DNA of 64,000 nt from Candidatus Cryptobacteroides sp. (GTDB lineage: Bacteria; Bacteroidota; Bacteroidia; Bacteroidales; UBA932), in NCBI GenBank assembly GCA_045599265.1, contig JAZRVQ010000048.1, positions 14,627 to 78,626 of the forward strand. Reading direction: 5' to 3'. Shown one piece after another: positions 19,832 to 28,924 of the stretch. A program made the position numbers and the translations under genes. Under the pieces are notes generated by a model, which was not told the DNA's origin, ran no database searches, and saw only the letters and a program-made list of their open reading frames with translations. The stretch's first letter is position 1, and each line of letters opens with the position of its first letter.

Positions 19832-19960
19832 GAAAAACAAAAATACGATTTAGGATATAAATATCGCAAATATCAAATTGAAATACAATATTTAGGTCAA
19901 AAATAGGACAATATTCAAAAATAATTGACAATAAATCCAATTTCATCATCTATCTTTGCA

Positions 19961-20857
19961 ATGATGAAAAGGTCTATCTCCTTCATATCCGGCATCTTGC
20001 TCTTTGTGGCGTCGGGCCAATGGCTTGCTGCCCAGGAACACCTTGTGCCAATTCAGCAGCCGGACCTGTCCCGGAAGACAGGCATCGCACCGGCGTTCTG
20101 GGGTCCCAATGCATTCCAGGTACCGGATATGCTGGACGGGACAGTCAGCCATTCCCTGAGATTCGAGCTGTCCGGAGGATATGCAGACGGCAGGATCACC
20201 AGTGGCGGGACAGACCGCACGGGAGACATTTTTGTCAAACTGAACGTCCCCCTCTGGACCGACAGGGTCAACCTGTCCGCATGGTGGTCAGTGCACGAAT
20301 GGTATGACATGTCGGACGATGTCAAGGCAGCGCGCCGCATCGATGCTTCCATCCCCGGCAGAGGCCACGAGTGCGGAGCGGCATACATCAGCATCGACGG
20401 AGAGATCCTGCGTGAGAGGAAATTCGTTCCTGCCATTTCGGCCAGAATATGCCTCAGGACAGCGTCAGAGGGCACTTCGGTTCCTTTCGGAGCCGCCAGG
20501 TCATATGATGCTGCCGGGTATTTCTTCGATTTCTCACTGGGCAAGTCATTCGGTCCGGTCCGCATAGCCGCAAGCAGCGGATTCCTGTGCTGGCAGACAG
20601 ACAACGGACGTCAGAACGACGCCGTGATGTTCGGTGCACTGGCTTCCTACACCTCCGACCGGGTCAGCGTCAATGCGCAGTATGGAGGATATTGGGGCTG
20701 GGAAAGATATGGAGACTTTCCGCGTGTCATCAAGGCGCGCCTTGATTTGTGCAACAAGTGGATTGTCCACCCGTTCGCCACATTCCAGTGGGGTTTCAAT
20801 GACTGGCCATTCTGGCAGGCAAGGGCCGGCATCCAATTGAACGTGAATATATTATGA
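19961..20857 (+). CDS. Hypothetical secreted or outer-membrane protein
   Basis: Signal peptide MMKRSISFISGILLFVASGQWLAAQ. Aromatic-rich alternating segments end in ARAGIQLNVNIL, which looks like a beta-barrel end. ATGA overlap with the next gene. Confidence 0.5.
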   Translation: MMKRSISFISGILLFVASGQWLAAQEHLVPIQQPDLSRKTGIAPAFWGPNAFQVPDMLDGTVSHSLRFELSGGYADGRITSGGTDRTGDIFVKLNVPLWTDRVNLSAWWSVHEWYDMSDDVKAARRIDASIPGRGHECGAAYISIDGEILRERKFVPAISARICLRTASEGTSVPFGAARSYDAAGYFFDFSLGKSFGPVRIAASSGFLCWQTDNGRQNDAVMFGALASYTSDRVSVNAQYGGYWGWERYGDFPRVIKARLDLCNKWIVHPFATFQWGFNDWPFWQARAGIQLNVNIL

Positions 20858-21570
20858 AAAACCTGAAGATACTCAGCGGCAGTGCCCTGAAAGTCATCGC
20901 AGTGCTTTCGATGCTGTGTGACCATACCGCAAAATACATCCTGGCCGCATACGATTTTGCCTGGCAGACCTGGTTCACGTTCGGAGGTCTGGACGTCAAC
21001 CTGACGTATGTGATGACCAGTGTCCTGGGCAGGATTGCCTTCCCCCTGTTTGCGTTCCTGGCCGTCGAAGGGTACATGCACACCCGCAATTTCAGGAAAT
21101 ACTCCCTCAACCTGCTGATATTCGCCATCATCACGGTCATTCCATGGCAACTGCTGCACGGAAGCCCGGCCACATTCGAGGACTCGAACGTGCTCTTCAC
21201 CCTTTTCCTTGGCGTGACGGCAATATTCGCCATAGACCGGATACGCGGATGGAAGGCATTTGCCATCACAGCCCTCAGCATGTTCCTGGCATGGATATGC
21301 CGGGTAGATTACGGCATACTCGGTGTCACGATGATCATATTGCTGTACGCTCTGAGAGGCAGCCGCGAATTCCAGTCGCTCGGATTCGTCGGATGTCTGT
21401 TCCGCGGAAAGGCCACTGCAGGGGTTCCGCTTGCAGCCATCCCTGTCCTGATGTACAACGGAGAGAGAGGATTCATCAAAGGAAAAGCGGGCAAATACAT
21501 CTTCTACAGTATATACCCGCTTCACCTGCTGTTGATATACGGCATCAGAATCTGGCTCGGAATAGCCTAG
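20854..21570 (+). CDS. TraX family membrane protein
   Basis: 238 aa. LKVIAVLSMLCDHTAKYIL and multiple TM helices match my memory of the TraX family. Confidence 0.75.
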   Translation: MKNLKILSGSALKVIAVLSMLCDHTAKYILAAYDFAWQTWFTFGGLDVNLTYVMTSVLGRIAFPLFAFLAVEGYMHTRNFRKYSLNLLIFAIITVIPWQLLHGSPATFEDSNVLFTLFLGVTAIFAIDRIRGWKAFAITALSMFLAWICRVDYGILGVTMIILLYALRGSREFQSLGFVGCLFRGKATAGVPLAAIPVLMYNGERGFIKGKAGKYIFYSIYPLHLLLIYGIRIWLGIA

Positions 21571-22466
21571 AGTTCATCCATAGTATAGAATCTGCAGTCC
21601 AGTCCATCCCCCACGGAGAGGACCATGAAGCCCGTCTCATTGTCGGGATAATGCTCCTCAAGGGCATCCACGACGACATACTGCACATTTCCGGACCAAT
21701 ATGTGTCACGGCTGTGGTCATGCCCCGACAGGAAGAGTTCCACGCCGTTTGCACTCATAAGCCCCATAAGTTCGTATGATTCTTCCAGAGGATAGTTGCC
21801 GGTATGGCCCTGCGACTTGTCCGTCATGAACATGTGGGTGTGGGTGAACACGACAAGATGACGATAATTGCCTTTGGATGCACTGTCAAGCACTTCGCGG
21901 AGCCATTTCAACTGCCTGGTGCCGGTAAATCCGGAAGCGGTCTCGAAGCACACGTACAGGTCCTTGTGGAACGGGGTGCGGACCTCGACCGTGTAGGAGG
22001 AACTCCCCCACTGCCCAGTCCAGCCCTGCCACTGGTCAAAGTATATGTCATGATTGCCAAGTGTCAGGAACATGCCCGCGGCCTTGATTCCGGCCTCGTC
22101 GCGGAGATGGTCGCTGACCCAGTCCATATTGGTCCTGCCGTTCACGATGTCACCAAGGATCAGGCACATCGGGGATGTCAAATCATGCAGATATGCATTC
22201 AGGAAGGCATCCGTATGGGCAGTCGGAGCCTCTCTGTCAATGTGCATGTCAGTGCCGACATACACCTTGTAGTCATCCAGCAGCGAGATAACCAATCGGT
22301 CTCCTACAGTCTGATTCACCGTCATCGAGTGGTCGAAACGCTCGTTGACATTCTCCGTCCTGGAAGTAATCATTCCGGCCATATCCAGATTGGGCTCGAT
22401 CTCCTTGTCGGAGCAGGCAACACAGGACAACGCCAGCAGAGTATATAGTATCTTGTTGATTTTCAT
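21567..22466 (-). CDS. Metallophosphoesterase lipoprotein
   Basis: 299 aa. Lipobox LALSCVACS, with GTDMH, GDIVNG, GNHD and SGHDH motifs. Confidence 0.8.
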   Translation of the reverse strand: MKINKILYTLLALSCVACSDKEIEPNLDMAGMITSRTENVNERFDHSMTVNQTVGDRLVISLLDDYKVYVGTDMHIDREAPTAHTDAFLNAYLHDLTSPMCLILGDIVNGRTNMDWVSDHLRDEAGIKAAGMFLTLGNHDIYFDQWQGWTGQWGSSSYTVEVRTPFHKDLYVCFETASGFTGTRQLKWLREVLDSASKGNYRHLVVFTHTHMFMTDKSQGHTGNYPLEESYELMGLMSANGVELFLSGHDHSRDTYWSGNVQYVVVDALEEHYPDNETGFMVLSVGDGLDCRFYTMDEL

Positions 22467-22470
22467 AACA

Positions 22471-23178
22471 TCAGAATTTATATGTCAGACCAAAGCGGAC
22501 CGTCTCGGCATAGAATTCCGCATTAAGATGGAACATGCCGGCAGGTTTGCAGAAAGTGTCGAGCGTCATCACAATGCTGTCGGTCACATCGAACCTGCCG
22601 CCCAGCGAGAACAGTGGCTGCCAGCCTCTCTCCATCTCGAAGATGTCCACATTGGACATGCCGAGCGTGACATTCCATCTGGACGATTTCGGACGGACCG
22701 AACCCTTGATGGAGTAGATAAGATTGAACGGTTCGCACAATGTCGCATCCAGACTGTGATAATTTCTGCCAAAGGTGTCCATGAAGCGGCTGAACATGCC
22801 CACCTCGACATCGAGATAATCCCAGTCATAGCCCAGTGAGAGGCCGAAACAGGCATCATACATGTTGCTTCTGGCCACGTCCTTGAAGATGATACGGTTC
22901 TTGAGGTAAATCTGCCCGGCAGGAAGCGGGAACAGCGCCCTTGCCTGTAACGCAGCCGTGTAATATTTTGCAGTGGATGTCTGGAATGCGGGCTGAAGGT
23001 CGAAATGTTCATTGACCGGGATGTCAGCCAGCAGGCCGAAGGCACCTTGACTGCCATAAGTCTTGTTGTACTGATACTCCGCGACCGCACTGACACTGTA
23101 ACGCGCCTGGCCGTGAAGGGAGGCCGAAGTACAGACTGCCGCAACCAGGGGCAGGATGATTTTCATAAAGGTTTTCAT
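22471..23178 (-). CDS. Hypothetical outer-membrane beta-barrel protein
   Basis: Signal peptide MKTFMKIILPLVAAVCTSASLHGQ. The C-terminus ends ...RFGLTYKF, with a terminal aromatic residue. It lies 4 nt downstream of the phosphoesterase gene on the same strand. Confidence 0.5.
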   Translation of the reverse strand: MKTFMKIILPLVAAVCTSASLHGQARYSVSAVAEYQYNKTYGSQGAFGLLADIPVNEHFDLQPAFQTSTAKYYTAALQARALFPLPAGQIYLKNRIIFKDVARSNMYDACFGLSLGYDWDYLDVEVGMFSRFMDTFGRNYHSLDATLCEPFNLIYSIKGSVRPKSSRWNVTLGMSNVDIFEMERGWQPLFSLGGRFDVTDSIVMTLDTFCKPAGMFHLNAEFYAETVRFGLTYKF

Positions 23179-23253
23179 GTATGCAAAGATAGAAATTATT
23201 GGCATATGTCATAAAAAATGCTTTCTTTTGCAACAGATAACAGCAGAAGAGAT

Positions 23254-24108
23254 ATGACCGACCAGATGTTCACAATCCACGGGGAACCGCAGATAGTTGC
23301 AGACAGCAGAAAGAAGATCCTTGACGAATTCGCAGACCTCGAATTCTATGAGGACGGGCACATCTACATCCTCAACGGCAACAGGCTCAATTCCGTTTCA
23401 GGCATCGGGCACCGCTTTATCAGCAGACCGTTCGATGAGAACAGACAGGCGGAGAATTATGCCCGCAAGAACGGCAGGGACGCAGCCTACTGGCTGCTCC
23501 AGTGGCACCGCAACTCCTTCAGGGCCACCACCCTGGGCACAAAGACCCACGAGTTCGGAGAGAGTCTAGGCTACCTCAGGAGCGGTCATCCGGAGAAGAT
23601 CACTGAAAGGATACGTCCTCAATACAGTCAGGAATACGGATTTCTGGCCCCTATCCACCCGAAAGAAGAAGCCGTCGTGAACTTCTTCAACAACATGCCT
23701 GACTCGTACCATCTTGTCCTCAACGAGACCAAGGTCTACAGCGGCAAGAACCCGGACCCGGCCCTCAACCTGAAAGAGCAGATCTGCGGCACATTCGACA
23801 TGCTGTACTATTATGACGGCGAAGGAGACGAGTCCAAGGCCGGCTTCATCATCCTTGACTACAAGACCAACGGCAACCTGTACAACGACTTCAACAGAAA
23901 AAAGGACATCAAGCTCCTGCCGCCGTTCAACGACATCTTCGAAGAAAGCCTCGGTGAGTACACCATCCAGCTGAGCCTCTACGCCCTCATGCTCCAGGAC
24001 ATCGGCATCAACGTCATCGACCGCCGCCTCGTATGGCTCAAAGACGACGCCAGCTACGAGATCATCCCGCTGCAGGATGTCTCAGACAGACTCAGGAAGG
24101 TATTATAA
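23254..24108 (+). CDS. PD-(D/E)XK nuclease superfamily protein (RecB/Cas4/lambda-Exo-like fold)
   Basis: Ordered motifs GTKTHE ... ICGTFDMLYY ... IILDYKTNG ... QLSLYALML fit the D / (D/E)xK / QxxxY nuclease core. The start is set at ATG 23254 because 23218-23253 looks like promoter sequence. Confidence 0.55.
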   Translation: MTDQMFTIHGEPQIVADSRKKILDEFADLEFYEDGHIYILNGNRLNSVSGIGHRFISRPFDENRQAENYARKNGRDAAYWLLQWHRNSFRATTLGTKTHEFGESLGYLRSGHPEKITERIRPQYSQEYGFLAPIHPKEEAVVNFFNNMPDSYHLVLNETKVYSGKNPDPALNLKEQICGTFDMLYYYDGEGDESKAGFIILDYKTNGNLYNDFNRKKDIKLLPPFNDIFEESLGEYTIQLSLYALMLQDIGINVIDRRLVWLKDDASYEIIPLQDVSDRLRKVL

Positions 24109-24131
24109 ATCAAAGAATTGCCATCTTTCTA

Positions 24132-24220
24132 GCCTGGATTGGCCGTCTCACTCTAAATTCGTGTCGGCTGCTCCGCATGGTAATGTGGCCACTCAATGTC
24201 GTTCAACGACCAATCCAGGC
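24132..24220. repeat. Imperfect palindromic intergenic element with 11-bp arms and a 67-nt spacer
   Basis: GCCTGGATTGG (24132-24142) pairs with CCAATCCAGGC (24210-24220). The spacer contains the core ATTGGCCGTCTCACTC, which is also seen near 39697-39720 and 62478-62492. Confidence 0.6.
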
Positions 24221-24232
24221 CAAAGGAGCATT

Positions 24233-24565
24233 CTATTTCCTTACAGCTTTGGCGAACTGACCGAAATACTTGTCAAGGAAAGCAAGGTTGACTGTATCTT
24301 TTTTGAAATATGAAGACGTGAACAGGTCTCTTGCCCTAAGCAACTCGTTCAGAAGACACGCCCTGGAAGCCTGACCGGCCCTGCCATACTTAACTGTAGC
24401 ATCAATAAGGTCAAGAGCGCGTAAATATGCACCTTCAGCCATAGCCGGTTTGTCCCTCGCAACCCACTTGTATGTACGACCAATCTCGGAGCCGATATTT
24501 GCCATCTGCTCCATCAAAGGCATTTTGCTCCACCTTTGCTCGTCGATATGGGCAGGCAGATTCAT
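24233..24565 (-). CDS. Hypothetical, predicted all-alpha small protein
   Basis: 110 aa. ATGA overlap with the upstream DUF5674-like gene. I cannot confidently name a family. Confidence 0.5.
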   Translation of the reverse strand: MNLPAHIDEQRWSKMPLMEQMANIGSEIGRTYKWVARDKPAMAEGAYLRALDLIDATVKYGRAGQASRACLLNELLRARDLFTSSYFKKDTVNLAFLDKYFGQFAKAVRK

Positions 24566-24903
24566 TGCTTTACATAACTGGAAACAATGCTGAAAATAGA
24601 CTCCCTTATTGAGCAGTCTTCAACATCACGGCTAAAATTATTCTGACGAGGCCTGATATTGATCAGAGAATCAAACTCAATCATATCTTCCCCATCCACC
24701 TCCGGATAAATGTTGAACCCCCAAAGGTCCTCCTGAGCAGAACCATCACCCAGCAGCATCGCTTCCAAATCAGAATGCAATTCTGCATCAATGGCAAGTT
24801 TGCCGGATTTTACATCTGCGACAGCCTTGATCATGTCACCATAAACAGATGCTGCGATTGTCATCAATTCTTCTCTGGAGAGGGGTTCACTCAGGATAAT
24901 CAT
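24562..24903 (-). CDS. DUF5674-like small protein
   Basis: MIKAVADVKSGKLAIDAELHSDLEAMLLGDGSAQEDLWGFNIYPE...FDSLINIRPRQNNFSRDVED matches my memory of the DUF5674 consensus. Start at ATG 24903; the track start at 24930 is a TTG inside the tRNA terminator. Confidence 0.55.
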   Translation of the reverse strand: MIILSEPLSREELMTIAASVYGDMIKAVADVKSGKLAIDAELHSDLEAMLLGDGSAQEDLWGFNIYPEVDGEDMIEFDSLINIRPRQNNFSRDVEDCSIRESIFSIVSSYVKQ

Positions 24904-24908
24904 AAGGT

Positions 24909-24946
24909 CAAAATAAAGAAAAAGGCTCAAGATTCAAACTTGAGCC
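24909..24946 (-). terminator. Rho-independent terminator following the tRNA
   Basis: On the minus strand, GGCTCAAG-TTTGAAT-CTTGAGCC is followed by TTTTTCTTTATTTT. Confidence 0.65.
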
Positions 24947-24953
24947 TGTCTAG

Positions 24954-25026
<73 letters not shown>

Positions 25027-25068
25027 ATGTGGATTGCAAAGGTACGCATTATTTTTGAAATACCAAAT

Positions 25069-25527
25069 TTATTTTTCATCAGTGGCCGTCAAAGTCACCT
25101 CAACGTCTTCTGCACCGTATATGCCCATATTCCAGGCATCGTCCCCATCACCGAGCCTGGAAAGCTGCACAGTCTTGGTGCGGGACTCGTACGAGCCGTT
25201 ATCAGAGCCATCTATATCCCTGACATTCAAGACAAGAGTATCCTTCAATTCACCTCCGTAACTGGCATTGATGGCAAATTCCCCTTCCGAGCCGGTCCTT
25301 ACCGACATCCAGTAACGGGACACAGAGATGCCCTTGACCGGCCTGCCATCGGAATCGCACACACGCCCCTTGACAGAGCAGGCATAATATGGAGTGCCGT
25401 ACATATCCGGCTGCGGACAGCCATACATCTTGGCACAGTCAGTCGCACCGACACCGATGCCGAAAAGCGACAGCACCCAGCCGCAGAAACGAATCCAGTT
25501 GGAATGTAAGTATTGCTTCATAATCAA
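25069..25527 (-). CDS. Putative lipoprotein, paralog of the radical-SAM-associated lipoprotein at 28924..29406
   Basis: 152 aa. Shares WIRFCGWVLS, MYGCP, VKGRVCDSDGRPVKGISVS and the C-terminal DTL..D.DG..NG.YES...V.L...GDG.W..G...A.DVEV.L block with the other copy. Confidence 0.7.
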   Translation of the reverse strand: MIMKQYLHSNWIRFCGWVLSLFGIGVGATDCAKMYGCPQPDMYGTPYYACSVKGRVCDSDGRPVKGISVSRYWMSVRTGSEGEFAINASYGGELKDTLVLNVRDIDGSDNGSYESRTKTVQLSRLGDGDDAWNMGIYGAEDVEVTLTATDEK

Positions 25528-25562
25528 TTTAAATGAGTTTTAAATATAACTTAGCCGGAAGT

Positions 25563-26234
25563 CTATAACTTGAAAGTTTTGAAGAACACTCGAGCTGTGG
25601 CTACAAGATAAGAAGCGTATTTTGTTTCTTCAAAGTAATTTTCGTCTGGCAAAGGGAACGAACCAGTCAATTTTTCTTTGATTGAATTCTCGAGTTCTTT
25701 TATCTTTCTCGGAGGAATAGCATATGTGGCTTTGTCGCCTTTAGGGTGCCGGATACGTATTTCCATTTCAAGCACTCTCTTTGTTTGTGGGTCGATACCG
25801 AGGTATAGTCCTATGGATGTGTCAGTTCCTTTTGAGTTTTGTTGGAAAATAGTATTGGCCCCTTGCACTTCAGAATCAGGGAACACTTCCTTTACGATTG
25901 ACAACAAAATAGATAGGTCCACATCCATATGAGGCTGCTCATAATGAAGAGATTCGCCTGTTCTCGTATCATATTGGCCACGAGTGATAATATGATTTCC
26001 ATAGTTTTTCAAATAAAAACCGTCAATGACACTGTTAAAAAAACCAACAGAATAAGTAGTATCACCTGAACGCACTGCCAATTGCCCCGAATAATAGTCG
26101 GAACAATTCATCTTGAGATCGGAATCTTCAACTGGAATCTCAGGGCATGCGGAAAATTTGCTGAAGTCTTTCTGTGCCATAAGAGGGCACGAGCTCAAAA
26201 TCATGGCTATGAAAAGTGTCTTAATGTATTTCAT
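25563..26234 (-). CDS. Hypothetical secreted or lipoprotein
   Basis: 223 aa, AT-rich. Signal peptide MKYIKTLFIAMILSSCPLMAQ. I recognise no family. Confidence 0.5.
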   Translation of the reverse strand: MKYIKTLFIAMILSSCPLMAQKDFSKFSACPEIPVEDSDLKMNCSDYYSGQLAVRSGDTTYSVGFFNSVIDGFYLKNYGNHIITRGQYDTRTGESLHYEQPHMDVDLSILLSIVKEVFPDSEVQGANTIFQQNSKGTDTSIGLYLGIDPQTKRVLEMEIRIRHPKGDKATYAIPPRKIKELENSIKEKLTGSFPLPDENYFEETKYASYLVATARVFFKTFKL

Positions 26235-26284
26235 ACAACTGCAAATTTAGAATCTACGTGAAACAAATAAACATAAGGACTCTT

Positions 26285-27811
26285 TTAATCTATTTCATTA
26301 TTGGCTGTAGTGAAGCCTTTCAGGTGTTTGAGAGGATCAAAAGATGCGTCATATTTATATGTCATACCATGGTATAGTGTACTATTATTTTTATCCAATT
26401 TTTTAACTGCAGCAACGGCAGCATTAAATGTGGTTTCATTTTGGTCCTTATAGAACGCAATCAAGGCATCTACAATATCGCTGTCAAACGGCTGTTCACT
26501 ATTCATGCCTTCTAATAGAAGAATGTCATAGATTTTCGCTTCGAATTCATAGTTGCCTAACGGCCAACCAGGGTCTTCCGCACGCTGCATTGAGTGGAAC
26601 ATCTCTTCCATAAGATATTTATAATCCAGCACTTTATCATGAGGAATTTTGATTTCCGTGCTTGTAGAAACGGGGTTTCCTGAGCCTATGACGGTAATGG
26701 TTTTCAGTTTTGAAGCCCTGCGGAACACGTCAGTTATCATTTTGTTTTCTGGTTTTTTTAGTAGTAGGCTGTCAATCGTACATTTTAGTCTGTCGACACT
26801 GGCTTGAAATGCATTTGCCCCAAGTTGCACATAACTTGAAAAACGATTTGCCAGCTCTTCCACAGTTTCCTCCTCTTTACCGTCATCGGAAGAGTCGTAA
26901 ATAGATGCGCCGCCGAAATGGTTGTCGGAGTCACTAGGATCGGCGTCATTGCAATTCTCGTTATTTTTCCGAAGGCAATAAAGCAACTACCAAAGTGATT
27001 CATCAACGCCTGCACCACCGCCGCCATAATCCCGTTCTGCTGAAACGACAGATTCATCTCCCAAAGGGAAATGATATGTTCCATCGGGGTTAAGGGTCTC
27101 ACCGAAATATAGACTCTGAACTTCATCAACAGCCATTTGGAATGCCTTGGTCTCCTCTTGAACGATAACTTTCTGCAATGTAACGCCACCTAGCATGGAA
27201 ATAAGCTTTGCATAAGCAGCTGCAACCTCATCATCGGTCTTCTGGTCATGCAGATACAGACCGCCTAGGCATTGCCCGTCACAATACTCGTTTATTCTGA
27301 CGGTTGCTCCGTCAAGCGTGTTGTAGAATTTGAATCCTGTGAAGTCGCCCATGTCTCCACTATTGTCGAACATGGATGCCAAGTCTCCATCGCAACTGTT
27401 CAGGTAATCAAGTGCAGGAAGATAATACACCATGTATATGGACTCGGCTCCGGTCTGGTCATTTTTCAGGTACATCAGCTCACGGTCGCACCATACAATG
27501 TTGCCGTCCGGCATGATGACTCGGAACTCGTAGGTGGATTCTAGTTTTGATTCGATGCCTTCAAAACCGTTGGCCTTGTTCTCAAAATACTCGAAAGAAG
27601 TCCACTCAACTTCAGATTAGCCTGGTGTGAACAAAAACACAACATCATCGCAATCGGACTTTGTCAAAGCGGGACGGCAGGCCGAGAACAGTTTCTTAGC
27701 GTCATCCACCATCTGCTCGCTCACATCAGGGAAAGGGGCCACCGCCTCCTTGTTGCAAGAGCATACCACTAGCAGCAAGATTGAAAGCAAGGTAAGTTTT
27801 CTCATAACCAA
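26285..27811 (-). pseudogene. Lipoprotein gene of ~506 codons interrupted by two in-frame stops (TAA at 27617-27619, TAG at 26987-26989)
   Basis: The track ORFs 27617..27811, 26987..27514 and 26285..26986 are all in one frame. The 34 codons between the TAA and the next ATG are open (SEVEWTSFEYFENKANGFEGIESKLESTYEFRVI). The third ORF's TTG directly follows the TAG. The N-terminus has a lipobox (LLLVVCSC). Confidence 0.5.
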
Positions 27812-27856
27812 AACAGTTCGTTTTTAGATTGTCATTTTTTAAGAAGGACTTAATGT

Positions 27857-28924
27857 TTACTTAAGCCTGTCCATGTGGCAAAGAATCAGCTTGCCGTCGT
27901 CGCCGCGCAGGTGCATTCCGTTGCCCATGCAGTAGCGGAACCACTTGCAGTCACCGCACTGGTCCCTGCGCATCCATTCACGGTCACGGTAAGGCTGGAA
28001 CCGGTTCTCCCACACATCCACGAAATCATCCTTGTAGATGTTTCCCTGATGGTAGTCGGAGCGGATGCTGGAGCAGGCGGAGATGGACCCGTCAATCAGC
28101 ACAGACCCGACGGTGAGGCCCGCCTGGCACGAATACAGCGTGTCCCTGACAACGCCCTCATACTCACCCAGAAAGCCCTCGCAGGCATAATTGGCGTTGA
28201 TCCTCCCCTCTTTGCGGGTTTCCCTGATGAACTCCATCAAGCCGCGGAACTCTTCGGCGGAAAGCTGAAGTTCAGGATCATTGGCGGCACGGCCCACAGG
28301 AAATACAGTGAAAAGGCGCCACTGCTTCAGACCGAGCGAGATCAGATATTCCTTCAGTTCACGAAGTTGCGGATAGTTGCGCCTGTTCACGCAGGTCACC
28401 ACATCGAATCTGATTGACGGCTCGGCAGCGAGGATTCCGATGGCCTGTGAGGCGTATTTGAACCCGTCGGCGCTGCCGCGCATCCAGTTGTGGTTCTCCT
28501 CCAGACCGTCAAGGCTGATTGTGGCCGAATGAAGACCCGCTCCGAGCAGCTGGTCAATCTTTTTGGGAGTCATCAGGCGTCCGTTGGACACCATGCCCCA
28601 CGGGAACTCCATATCATATATGCGGCGTCCGCAACTGACGATGTCATCGCGCATCAGAGGCTCCCCTCCCGTCACGACAATCATGATCTTGTGGCTGTCG
28701 TAATGTTCCCTGACATTGATGAGCACCTTCTCGAAATCCTCGAACGGCATGTCCGGATGGAGGGCAGACACCTTGCAGTCACTGCCGCAATGACGGCAAT
28801 TCATATTGCAGCGCAGAGTACACTCCCAGAACAATTGCAGCAAAGGATGAGTACGAACCTCATCCTTCACCAACTGTCTGTTCAATTCGAGCGCGATGCG
28901 CTGTTTCAATGAAAGCGCCCCCAT
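27857..28924 (-). CDS. Radical SAM/SPASM domain protein
   Basis: 355 aa. CNMNCRHC is the CX3CX2C cluster motif. GGEPL is present. The C-terminal Cys-rich CQAG...ACSS...CGDCKWFRYCMGNG...C is a SPASM-type auxiliary cluster region. Confidence 0.9.
   Translation of the reverse strand: MGALSLKQRIALELNRQLVKDEVRTHPLLQLFWECTLRCNMNCRHCGSDCKVSALHPDMPFEDFEKVLINVREHYDSHKIMIVVTGGEPLMRDDIVSCGRRIYDMEFPWGMVSNGRLMTPKKIDQLLGAGLHSATISLDGLEENHNWMRGSADGFKYASQAIGILAAEPSIRFDVVTCVNRRNYPQLRELKEYLISLGLKQWRLFTVFPVGRAANDPELQLSAEEFRGLMEFIRETRKEGRINANYACEGFLGEYEGVVRDTLYSCQAGLTVGSVLIDGSISACSSIRSDYHQGNIYKDDFVDVWENRFQPYRDREWMRRDQCGDCKWFRYCMGNGMHLRGDDGKLILCHMDRLK

Noticed and set aside
20647-21525. 292-aa minus-strand ORF, plus a 211-aa plus-strand ORF at 21144..21779
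   Set aside because: Both overlap the TraX and phosphoesterase genes in other frames or on the other strand, and their composition is not coding-like.
26285-27811. Stop-codon reassignment (an alternative genetic code) as the explanation for the in-frame TAA and TAG
   Set aside because: The same gene and its neighbours end on TAA, and the other genes in the window use TAA, TAG and TGA as normal terminators. Nonsense mutations or readthrough are more parsimonious than recoding.
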